The notes below the pieces were generated by a model. That model was not told the origin of the DNA. It worked only from the letters and a program-made list of their open reading frames with translations, and did no database searches. DNA of 64,000 nt from Hormiphora californensis (Eukaryota; Animalia; Ctenophora), in contig CM035360.1 of NCBI GenBank assembly GCA_020137815.1, positions 124,001 through 188,000 on the forward strand, read 5' to 3'. Below, one piece after another: positions 16,057 through 27,928 of this stretch; positions within the stretch are counted from its first letter, which is position 1, and every line of letters starts with the position of its first letter. The translations under genes were made by a program, and so were the position numbers.

Positions 16057-19000
16057 TCAAGCGCTCACTTTCTTTCCTTTTCCGGGGGTATTCGGATGCT
16101 CAAACTGCAGTGGTTTCCTGTTGTAGGTTGATGGCTGCCCGTTATAACCACCGAAATTATAACTTGGTAGCTTGTAAGCTGCAGCTGTTTCAGGATCAAT
16201 AATCCTAGGTCGAGATTTGTAGGGACTTTTCTTTCGTGCTGGTTTTCCCTCGCCTGAAAATATATTTGTATCAACTATCAGCATATAGTTTGTAACAAAG
16301 ATAGAGGGATGGGTACGATATTTGTTAAAACGACATTGCATGACTTTGTGTAGGTCAGTTTACAACGGCTGTCAGCCCCAGGGAAGGGCTAAACAACTAG
16401 AAAAGGGGCAGTAACTCACCGTCAGAAGGGGGATCGGAGCGGAATTCAATTCTAGCACCATCAGGATTGGACGCTACAACCTTGTTGATCCGACCAGTCT
16501 TGGAGCTGTACTCTCTGAGAGAAAAAGGAAATGAATGATGAATCGGTTACTGTAACAGGCAACTATAATACAGTTAGTGAAGTAGAATAAATAGTATTCT
16601 ATAGCAAGCGGTGTAGAAATTAATTAATTAATTAATTAATTAATTAGTTATATTAACCTGTATAGAATCTTCACATCCTTGGCGGGAGGTGGCTGGGTTA
16701 TATCGATGTTCTTGGGTGGCTCTACTTTGACTGGTGTCCATCTCACACTGGAGAGGGGTGTTATTGGCGAGGTAGTAAACAATAAACAGATCGGTGGAGG
16801 GTGAAAAGATGCTGACGAGGTCAAATAAACATCAATTAACTCCTTGAAAAGAAAGCTGTTAATTCTTACTTGTGAACTGATTTCTCTTTCATTTCCTGCC
16901 ACTTCAGCATCATCCATTCCTCGTAGGTCTGAAGTCTCCTGTTTGCCGTAAATAGATAGTCCTTGCCATCCAGAGACGTTTGACTAAACAAGTGGGGGGA
17001 GTTGAGATTTTGAGAACATGCACCATGCTGCCAGACCAACCCTAAGGGACCAAACCAAACCCCCGAACCTCTATTATAATAATCATACGAACTGTAGGGC
17101 GGATTGACAAGTTTCGTCAACTTGATTGAATGACACACTTGTGTCCCAAAAAATGCTTTGTCGCCATGAAGTTGGAGCTAAACTAACTTGGTACTGGTCG
17201 ACCCAACACATACCTGCTGCTTCTCACGCTCTTATCAATGGTTCGTTTGAAGTACATTTTATCCGATTCCTTCTCTTGTACCACGCTGGTGTTGTACGTC
17301 CTGGCCTGACGGTACGATTTGAAGTTGTCCGCTGTCACCCTGTGCCCTGCAAATAGTACTTTTGAGAGTTGAGACCTCTAATTAGTCCTTCCACCCCTAC
17401 ATATCTTTGTTGTTCCCCCTTACTCAACAAACATATCTAGCTCTACATCTCTAACCACTTACCTCTTCCAGAAGTCTTCATTCCCCTCGCCTCCTGGTTC
17501 AGGAAATCCTCCAGGTCATTGTTTACCTCCATTGCCTGCCCAATGTATTGGTCAACATTACGGTACATGTTCTGAGTTTGTCGGGGGAGGAGGTAATACC
17601 GTTATATTCTCAGATCTGATCACTGATGTACAGTGTACACTATACGGCCCACAACTGCAGTTGTGCACTACTGCGGTTGTGGGCCGTTCTTGTTTGCTCT
17701 GTGAGAGCGGAGCGAGGAGAGTGGTCATCGCGCTGACAGAGTTTGCCCCAAGGAGCTGTTCTCCACGCGTGGTGTGTGATCAGATCGTATATTATATAAC
17801 GGTACTACCTCTGTGTTTCGTATGCTGGCTCGGAGTTCCTCTTGGTACAAAGTGCTCTGTCGGTCCATGCTTTCTACCTGTCGGGTGTTAGCTTGTGCAG
17901 GAGGGGGCTTCACACATAACAATGTGGGGGAGGAGGAGATGTGTGCTGGGGATCTAACAATATCTATTGCAGGGCTAGATGTGCTATTTTTGAGAGTTGT
18001 GAGAGTTGGTCAGCCTTCTGAGACCGTTCTTTTTGATATCTGGCCAGGAGGGTGGTATAATGGGGGTCATGAGGCATGAATAATAACTAGTAGGTGTGTT
18101 GAGAGAGTGTGTGACCCCAACACATACTTCCTGGTTGACCCGTGCTCTTGATACATGTGTCATTTCCTCCTCCATCTGTGTTCTCTTCAGCTCCTGTTCC
18201 AACCTCATTCTCAAACCGTGAACCTGCATAGAACGTGCTCAAACTGTGCTGATATGACTGGATAGTATTCAGTCAGGGGTGCTCGACTAATTGTCTAGTG
18301 AATTGAAACTGAGCGAGATAGAGAGGGGGAGACTGGGAGAGATAGATAGAGAGAGGGATACTGAGAAGTGAGATAGAGAGATAGCTTCGCTCGGTTTCAG
18401 GATAAATGCTCAAAATGCTAAAGTACTATCGTGTGTTAATATACTAGGGCTGATCTATCGAGAGCTCGACTCATGGACCATGAGTCTTGTTGTTTGTCAG
18501 TTTGTTTGTTTGTTTGTCTGTCTGTAATATCCTACCGTTTGGATGTTGTCCATCTCATCCTCATCGCCTGATACTGCTGTGGTTAGGAGAGAATGGGGTT
18601 GAACACTAGAGAACTCACGAGATCAGTTATAAAACACTTACCAATATACCAAACTATCTAACGGAGATCTGGCGGCGCCAGACCCCATTTTGATTCTCAA
18701 ATCGAGCAGATTGGGTAGGCGCCGCCAGACAGCTATTGAAGATCTGGGTATAGGATACCAACAAACTAAGGGTAAGTCGATCGAACTAGTCAGTGGTCAG
18801 TCACCCTAAAAATACTGCCTCAATATGTTTGACGTTGCTATACACAAAGTCAAACATATCCAGTATTCGATACAGTTGGGAAAGATTGCAGGTTGTCAAT
18901 TGTGCCCTAATCTTTCCCAGCTCTACAAAAAACAGATTTCGGTAGTTATTTGAATGAATTATTATCGGTGAAATATGTATGTAAGAGCCATGCAATTCTA

Positions 19001-20055
19001 AATGAAGGGATTTGAATCATGCACATTGGTTTTGAGGTGTCCACAGTTATAAAGAGAGAGCCATTGAAAGCATCCAAATTTGTTAAATATCAGTATATCA
19101 CCGGTAAACTGAAAGTCAAACCTATCAAACTTGTAGCTTTGTCTTCTATGCAAGAATTCGGCAGATTGGGGTATAAAACATGCGGGGTGTCTTCATGAGA
19201 GTGTTTAGGGGCAGAATCTGTTGCTATGGCAACCATAGTATGCTATCATAGTGCTAAACAGACTAGAATTAGTGAGATTCTAGCAGTGTCAAATTGGGCT
19301 ATTCAGTAACCACCACTATTCAGTATGTGCTGGGTTAATGCTAGATTTATACAATTGCAAATTGTGAGCAGAATATGCTTGTACAATGTTTGTGCCATGA
19401 AAAAGTGCTGTTACAGATCGTCAGTCGGATCACATTTCTCCGAAACAATGTGATCCGACCGGGAATGTATTGGTAGAGGATCCCTGTAGGACCCTCTTAG
19501 GTGCAGGGTAACCACTTGGTACCCCGGGTAACCACTAACCACATCAATTCCCCCTAGGAACGGCACAATGAAGCCCATAGTAACCATCCCATTAACCACC
19601 CTTACTAACAGAAACCACCCTTAGTAACCACATAGTAACCATCCCTGGTAACCACACAATATCCCCCTAGTAACCATCCCTAGCAACCACCCAATGACCC
19701 CTAGTAACCAAATATTGATCCCCTAGCAACCATATTACTAACCACATCACCCCGGGCAACCTGATCGAGCTGAACGTTGTGACCGACTGCTGCCTCCTCT
19801 CTTCTTGCTCCTACTCCCAGTACTACCACCAGCACCACTGCTCCTTCCAGAACCACCCTTTCCAGAGCCACCCTTGCCAGAGCTACCCTTGCCAGAGCTA
19901 CCCTTATAGATACTATTTCCTTCGCGAGTTGGTCGTCTCATCCCAGTTCCTCCTCCACCTCCACTGCCACCACCTCCACCAGAGCTGGACCCTCCAGAGC
20001 TCCATTTATCGGAGTTTTTCTTACTGCTAGCGGGACGAATTACCGAAAATCCCTC
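16057..20055 (-). CDS. Low-complexity Ser/Gly/Arg-rich 3' exons, probably the continuation of the inversin-like gene
   Basis: Minus-strand exon-like blocks with splice signals at ~19750-20055, 19415-19493, 18536-18575, 17463-18260, 17213-17346 and 16420-16515. Frame continuity not fully resolved. Confidence 0.4.
19220..19233. promoter_or_regulatory. RFX X-box-like palindrome GTTGCTATGGCAAC
   Basis: Matches the established X-box consensus GTTGCYATGGCAAC. Lies in an intron of a putative ciliary gene. Confidence 0.35.
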
Positions 20056-20798
20056 TGGAAAACATGCAAGGATTTGTACTGTTACAGAATTTTAATCGAA
20101 AATGATCACAATTTGTGATAAATTTTTAACATTTTCCTCCAACCCCCGCCCAGCTGCCCCTTTGTAACTGCAGGCTACACTCAATGATATGCTTGATTTC
20201 TTTTTAAAAAACAAGACAATATTCTCATGATACATCTGCATTTACACATTGCTCTAGAGCTTCATATCATTATGCTGAGAGAGATAGAGAGAGTCTTCCT
20301 GAGATAGAGAGATAGAGAGTCTTCCTGAGATAGAGAGATAGAGAGTCTTCCTGAGAGAGAGAGATAGAGAGTCTTCCTGAGAGAGAGATAGAGATAGAGA
20401 GAGAGTCTTCCTGAGATTAGATAGAGAGTCTTCCTGAGAGAGAGAGATAGAAGGAAAGATGCTCCACACACTAACTGCTCAACTGTCCATTCAAGAGTAT
20501 TTAGATCGGGGTTGAAGAATTCCAAGTTCGCCGCTGGAGGGAAAACAGCAACAGCAACAGCTCAGGGGAGATATCGGAGGGATCAGGGAGTCTGAGGGAG
20601 CACCTTTCTCTCTTTCTCTCTTTCTCTCTGAATAAGATCATCTCTATCTCTTTCTCTCAGCATAACAAGAGCTAGCATGTTCTAGATATACATAGTCAGG
20701 TAGTATAGCCTGCAGTTACATCCCATGACCACCACCCGGCCCTGTCAGCTGCCAATGCTCTGACAGCCACCACCATCACCCGAGAGAGAGAGGGTTGT

Positions 20799-22487
20799 TT
20801 AATTACCGTGATCGTCATCAGAACTCTCCTGCTCCGCAATACTCAGCTCGTCCTCGCTCTCATTGCAGAACTCGTACACAGTACCATCATCTTCATCCTC
20901 ATCTGTCTCCCCGGTGTGAGATCGGGCATAATCCCGGAGGTAGGGGGTGTCAAAGGCATCCCGGATAACTTCTTTCAGTGTTATCTCATCACACTCCTCA
21001 TGGTGCTCGTAGTTTAGAGTTAGGGCATTAGCCTCTGGACACATAGCACTGTCAATGTATCCTGGTGAGTCAGGCCGGCAGAGTGAGGTAGTACTGAGAT
21101 CGTCCCTAAGATACTCAGTTGTGTTTGAGTTGGGTGTTGCACCACGGTGGAATTCCTCCTCATCCTCCTCCTCATGGGGACGGTGAAACTCTTCTAGCTC
21201 CCCATCTACCTCATCACCCACCCTCTGTCTCTGTTCCCCAGAATGGAACTCATCGAATGACTCAGGGGTGTCATCAGCTAGTTCCATCACCCTCTCACCC
21301 TCCAACTCGACACTAGCTCTCCCATCCTCCACACAGAAATCATCCACTTCATTGTCATCCTCTCCAGTAGCCTGGGGTCTCATTACTTCATCAAGGAGAT
21401 CATCGTCACACACTCCTGGGTTGTCCTCCGCTCTGTTGACAATGTCCTCACATTCCTCATCATGGAACTGGGAAGCATCGACCTCACCAACCGTTTCTGG
21501 GTCTTTGTCTTCTGTAACTTGTGCGAATTCCTCAGTTTCCAGGGTCCGTCTCCGGGACAACGATCTCATATTGGTAGACAGGTAGATGAGGTTTCAGTCT
21601 GGATCCTCAACCTCGGGAACTTCCATGCACATTCCCTCAGATTTCCCCGATCCCGCTGATATGGGTCTCAGTTTGGCTGATCTCTCACTGTTTGGGCCAA
21701 GGTAGGGGGTTCCTCCACCGTTAGTGCTCCGTCCACCACCCCCACACGTTCCACCAGCACCACAACCAACCGTGGACTCAATTTGGTACTCAGTGTTTCT
21801 CACTTGGCTGGGTAGATGTGACCTGGGAGCTGCTGGTAGGGAACTGAGGGCTCGCTCTTTCCATCGACCACTGGCACGAAACTAGTCGTTGGGATGGGTT
21901 TTAGGATGGGGTGATCGGAGAAGTTGTTAAGGGTTTTCACCTGGTCTCGGGATAAGATAGGGGGAGGGGTGGGCCGGGGTCCCTCAAGTGCAGGTACTGG
22001 ACCGTTATGCCTATACTCTGTAGTCTCCACACTCAGGTCAGGGTTGCTACCTAGCACATTCTGGAACGTTCCCCTGTTTTCATTCAACCTGTTACCCAGG
22101 ATATATGCTGCATTTGGAACAGACAGATTGCCCATACTCCCTCCATCGGATATGCTCTCAGAAAGGACAAGTGTCCCTCTTGACTCCTGTTCCTCCTCCA
22201 ATTGTTGCTGTTGCTGCTTCACCCCACCACGACTCTGTTGCTGCTGTTTCGTAGGTTTGACTTTCTCAGTAGTTGCCACTGGACCGGTGAGCGCGGGCAA
22301 GCGACTATTACCTGGCTCTGCCGGTGTTTCCAGTGCGAGGGGTGTTGTGCTCTCGATTATAGCGTGGGGTGTGGAGGGTATGGATCTGTTTCCGGTACTA
22401 CTCGCCCGACTTAATGGTCGAGGTGTAGTGTTACCTGTCGCAGGGGGCCGCTCGACTGGGGTACGCACGGGTGACACTGGTCTCGAC
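20799..22487 (-). CDS. Large disordered/acidic exon, phase-compatible continuation of the inversin-like gene
   Basis: Acceptor ccccacag|G at 22487 is phase 2, matching the IQ exon donor at 25507. ORFs 21800-22477, 21594-21803 and 20799-21569 are separated by one frameshift and one in-frame TGA. Confidence 0.55.
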
Positions 22488-22706
22488 CTGTGGGGGAGAG
22501 AGGGTTGGTGGTGTGGGAGAGTTTTATAAAAAGTTAAAAGGGGATGTTTGGGATTCGAGATCGGGAGCCCCCACTGGGACTTGCAGTGATCGTCCGGACG
22601 CGTCCCAACAGTGTCCTGGGATAGAATAATGGCGCGCGCACGTGTGAGTTGCGCTCCCTCTAAAGGAAAGGTGCTATCGCGCGTTACAGCTAGTAAACGG
22701 CCAATA

Positions 22707-24265
22707 CAAGGTGGCCCATAAATTATGAGGCCGGGGGACGAGCTGTACCTCCGAAACGGTGATAGTTGTGCAAAAACAAACTACGGGAACATGCTGGAAC
22801 AATTCCTTGGTAACTTTTTGCAAATTTTGAGTTTTTTATTCAAAAGTTCATTTTTCATTCATGAACTATTTACACGTTCATTAATGAATTAAGGACTGTA
22901 ATTTACCGAGAGTGAGCCATTTTGTTTGGGTTGAATTCATCTTTCCAATGTGCACCATGAAAATCAAATTGAAGCACCAGGTCACATGGCAGTTGAGAAA
23001 ATGCACATGCATGATTTTGGCTCTTCCTGCGATTTTCAATCAGCTGTATCACGGCTACCTTTTGTTCAATCTTTTTAAAAATTTGGGTGAACATTGGATA
23101 AGCAAAGATCTTTGCTCACAAGAAAAATCAAGGTCAAAACTGAAAGTTCATTTTTGAGTTTTGGTAGTTCATTCCACTCATTCAGGAACCAACATCCCTA
23201 AAGTGATGAAAAGTGATTGGTTTTGTTTGGCCCATACCCTGCGATGATAGAGAGGTGTAAAAACACGTTTCCGGGCTAGTTAGTGGGTGTCCATGTGATC
23301 ATGATGATATCTGACACCTCTTCTGAGCCATAATCAAGGGATTTTCTCGAATTCAAGCATGTGATTTCGGTTATCTGTGATTGGTATCGTGCAGCAATGT
23401 TGAGAGATCTCATAGCACCTCAAAAATTATGATTAGCTCAATGAAATGAGTTTATTTATGATAGAAGATATTAAAACAGACGTCAAAATGAACTAAACTA
23501 CCATTTTCGATACAAAATCAGCTCATTTCATTGAGCTAATCATAATTTTCGAGGTGCTATGAGATCTCTTAACATTGCTGCACGATATCAATCACAGATA
23601 ACCGAAATCACATGCTTGAATTCGAGAAAATCCCTCAATTATGGCTCAGAAGAGGTGTCAGATATCATCATGATCACATGGACACCCACTAACTAGCCCG
23701 GAAACGTGTTTTTACACCTCTCTATCATCGCAGGGTATGGGCCAAACAAAACCAATCACTTTTCATCACTTTAGGGATGTTGGTTCCTGAATGAGTGGAA
23801 TGAACTACCAAAACTCAAAAATGAACTTTCAGTTTTGACCTTGATTTTTCTTGTGAGCAAAGATCTTTGCTTATCTAATGTTCACCCAAATTTTTAAAAA
23901 GATTGAACAAAAGGTAGCCGTGATACAGCTGATTGAAAGTCGCAGGAAGAGCCAAAATCATGCATGTGCATTTTCTCAACTGCAATGTGACCTGGTGCTT
24001 CAATTTGATTTTCATGGTGCTCATTGGAAAGATAAATTCAACCCAAACAAAATGGCTCACTCTCGGTAAATTAGAGTCCTTAATTCATTAATGAACGTGT
24101 AGATAGTTCATGAATGAAAAATGAACTTTTGAATAAAAAACTCAAAATTTGCAAAAAGTTACCAAGGAATTGTTCCAGCATGTTCCCGTAGTTTGTTTTT
24201 GCACAACTATCACCGTTTCGGAGGTACAGCTCGTCCCCCGGCCTCATAATTTATGGGCCACCTTG
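22707..24265. mobile_element. Giant palindromic foldback element, ~745-bp arms, TA TSD (Tc1/mariner-type ends)
   Basis: TA|CAAGGTGGCCCATAA...TTATGGGCCACCTTG|TA. Arms 22707-23450 and 23522-24265 are near-identical inverted copies; no transposase. Confidence 0.9.
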
Positions 24266-24743
24266 TATTGAGTCTCTGAGAGAGAATGAGAGATGTTCTG
24301 AATTCTAATGTTGGTTGTCTAGGCAAGGAGCGACAAGTTTGAAAAGGAGAACTCGCACCTCAACAAACCAATAAATTTGGAAGCTGTAAATCTCACCTGA
24401 CAACTCGGTTAAATGCTATCAGGTGCAAAGAGAACGACAAAAACGACTTGATTTCACAAAACATTTAAGATAATATTATGTTAACTTGACATATTCCTGA
24501 GTTCATTGTCCATGTCATGCTTTGAAGGAACACACTGTCTCTCTCTCTCTATTAAAGTCGCATTGCCGATAAACAACCCGTTGGTTGGGGCGAGGGAGTC
24601 GGAGTCGGAGTTGGGGTTGGAGTCGGAGTGGGCAGAATTGGAACAACCTCACTACCACATGATTTACACCTAGAGAGAAAAAATAGATAGATGGATAGAA
24701 TTAGATGAAGATAGAAAGAGAGGGAGAGAGAGAGAGAGAGAGG

Positions 24744-24778
<35 letters not shown>

Positions 24779-25506
24779 CGAAGAGTCGACGAGAGTGAGA
24801 GGGATAGATGAGAAGAGAGAGCGAGAGGAGATTAGAGCGATTAGCAGAGAGGAGAGCGGCGATGTCTAGAGAAGTTCGAGACGTATCTGAGACTCTGCTT
24901 GCGAGGCTATCAGACTCTCTCTTCTCTTCTACTATCTCCTATCTCGTCTCATCTCTCGATCTCTCTCTCTCTTATCTCTCCTCTCTCTCTCTCTCTACTC
25001 TCCTTCTCGCGCTCTGATGAGCTCAGCGGCGAGATATTTACTTACTTTAAAGCAAGTAAAGTGAGCGGGACTGGTAATGACCTCCTTACCACAAGCGCTA
25101 ACACCTATCAGAGAGGATTAGGATATTTGTATATACTGCTTCACTTCATGACTCTGAGCAAGATACAAGGAATTAGGAAAATGAGAAAGAAAGAAGACCA
25201 TTTGTACGCCAAAACTACAAGGCAAGACTTTTGATTTGATTTTTTAAAAAAGAAGCAAGAGGAGAAATTAGAGATTAGAACTGGAATAGTGGAATAGAAA
25301 AAGTTTGGCGGAACGCAAAAAGGAATACATTGGCAGGCAATGCGACTCTAAATGAGAGAGAGAGATGAGGGGACAGGAATCCCTCAGACACAGACACGTG
25401 GTGACAATTACACACAGACATCACAGTAGGACTGAGGCAATCTTTAGTTTTAATGCAGCATCACTAACAATACAAACAGACATGAGCTTAATGCAGGACC
25501 ACTAAC

Positions 25507-27861
25507 CTGCCATATTTCCTCCTTCGGAATCGTCTCCAAGCGATTCGGATCCTGTTAGCGAGAATGCCCGTATAAATGATACCGGGAAGACCGTTCTTGG
25601 CCGCCAGGAACTCTGCACAGTTTGGCCGCACGTTGATTAGGGCGTAATCGAGCGGCGTGAGATATCGCATCTGGGGAGTGGTGGTAAATAGTTTGGAACA
25701 TGGTAACCCTCCTACCCTTACTTGATTTGTTCATATTTTCTTTTTATTCTAAACAGTGTCAAGCGACTCAAACCCTTACATTGTTTATACGATAATGAAT
25801 TTTATATCGACACCCCCTCCCTTATCCCAATATTCCCTTGACTCTACAGTTTACTGCTGAGTTTGTCGGAGACAAAATACCGAAACATGCTGAGTTATTA
25901 AAGGCCGTAACTTACATCTTTTGTCCTCATAACTGGGTTAACATTGGCACCCTTCTCCAACAGTATCTTACAGGAATCAGCATTGTCATTAGCGATACTG
26001 CAGTGAAGAGGCGTGATACCACTGGCATCAATAACATCCACGGGAACCCCTTGTGCCACCAAGTAATCCATCGCCTCTGGAGGGAGAGAGACAGATGGTT
26101 GTGGGAGGGTGGGAGAGAGAGAGGGTAGTGGGAGAGAGAGGGTTGTGGGAGAGAGTGGGTTGAGGGAGAGAGATGGTTTTGGGTGAGTGGGAGGGACATA
26201 TTGGTCAGGGGTGATATTTTTTAGGGGTTTTGTTATCCGAAGAGGAGTTTATAATAAAGGAAGCAGGAACCGATCGAATCAGGAAATACTGGTCCCTGAT
26301 TGGCTGATAACCAGTCACGTGACCTAAATAACGAGTTCTGATTGGTTGTTTACTTGTTTCGGTCGGTTCCTGAAAGGAAGGAGCTAATAATGGTCAGTAT
26401 AATAACCTACCATTTTTGCCTGCCAGGGCAGCCTCGTGCAGTGGGAAGGTTCCAGATTTACTGGCAGTGGACAGACTTCCCCCTCTTTCTTTCAGCATCT
26501 TCAGACCCTCCACGTCACCCACAGAGGCCAAGCAGTGAGCCACACTAGAAGAGGAGGGGGTGATGTTTGTAAAAAACTAATAGCTCACAAAGACTTCAAT
26601 CCTCACAAAGACTTTAATCCTCACAAAGACTTTAATCCTCACTAAGACTTTAATCCTCACTAAGACTTTAATCCTCACAAAGACTTCAAAACTTCAAAAA
26701 GAATAATCCCGATATATATTAGTTCTATACCTGATTTCCTTGATGTCAACATGATTAGGGTTGGCTCCCTCCTCCAGCAGCAATTTAACACATGCGGTCT
26801 GTTTAGCAGCTGCTGCATACATCAGGGGAGTCCTGCCCCTATCATCTTTAGCATCCAATATGCTCATATCCTTCTGTTCCAATAACAGAGCCACCACATC
26901 TGGGTGCCCCTCTTGTGCTGCCATGTGCAGCCCCGTCCTCCCATGGTTATCCTTAGCTGCAACATCCCCTTCAAAATCCAACAACAACCGACACGCACTC
27001 TCATTTCCCTCCCGAGCAGCGGTGAACAGTGGTTGAGCACCAGTGTTGTCTCGGACCACCACGCTGGCCCCGTTTTCTAGCAGAGCTAGGAGGCACTCCA
27101 GGGCGTTTTGGGCGTCCTCCCGGGGTCGGGCTGTCAGAGAGGGGTCAACAAATAGTAGGTCATTGGCTGCCTTATCGTCACCTGCTGGGGTCATCTGTTA
27201 CGCTGTTAGAATTCGGGTGGGGTCATATTTTTTGGTGTTTTGGCTGTTAGCAATACCAGTACAGCTCTTTACAGGGGTTGTCTACTACTGCAGGGTGGGC
27301 CAGAAACATGGAGCCACTTTGAGATAACTATTGTGTCAATACAGTTACAAGGTTTGTCTACTTAGATTTGACACATACTGGTTTGGCGTCCTCTGGTAGT
27401 TTCTCAACGTCTTTAGCCATATTGGCTGCGTAATGAATGGGATATGATCCATGTGCATCAGTAGTGTTCAGGTCAGCACCCGCCTGGGACAGCAGCACAA
27501 TACATCCCGCATTACCAGACACTAGGGGAGGGAAAGGGATAGGTCATTTTACCATCTACATGTCTGCTTCAAATTTAAAGGAGAACTAAGTTACATGTCT
27601 GAAATATTTTAATTGAGATATGGTGTTACACAGCTGATTCATTTTATAAAGACTATCCCCACAGGATTCATTTTATAAAGACTATCCCCCTTGCACTGCA
27701 GATAGTAGTACGTTTTGTGCTAGTCGTGCATGCAAACTCTCACTCACACACATTCCCTCTCCAGGGTAACAGAACACACGCACTATCTTTCTGAGTTTCT
27801 TTCTTGTTTTAGTGAGCGGACTCTCTCTCTCTCTCTCTCTCACTGTGATTCTCTCTTCACG

Positions 27862-27928
<67 letters not shown>

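Noticed and set aside
20163-20720. Degenerate inverted duplication (also 24540-24570 vs 25335-25365)
   Set aside because: One arm is heavily indel-degraded, which is most consistent with long-read foldback or gap-fill artefacts.
21594-21596. In-frame TGA as selenocysteine/readthrough
   Set aside because: Disordered context, no readthrough motif or SECIS seen, and the assembly has many single-base errors.
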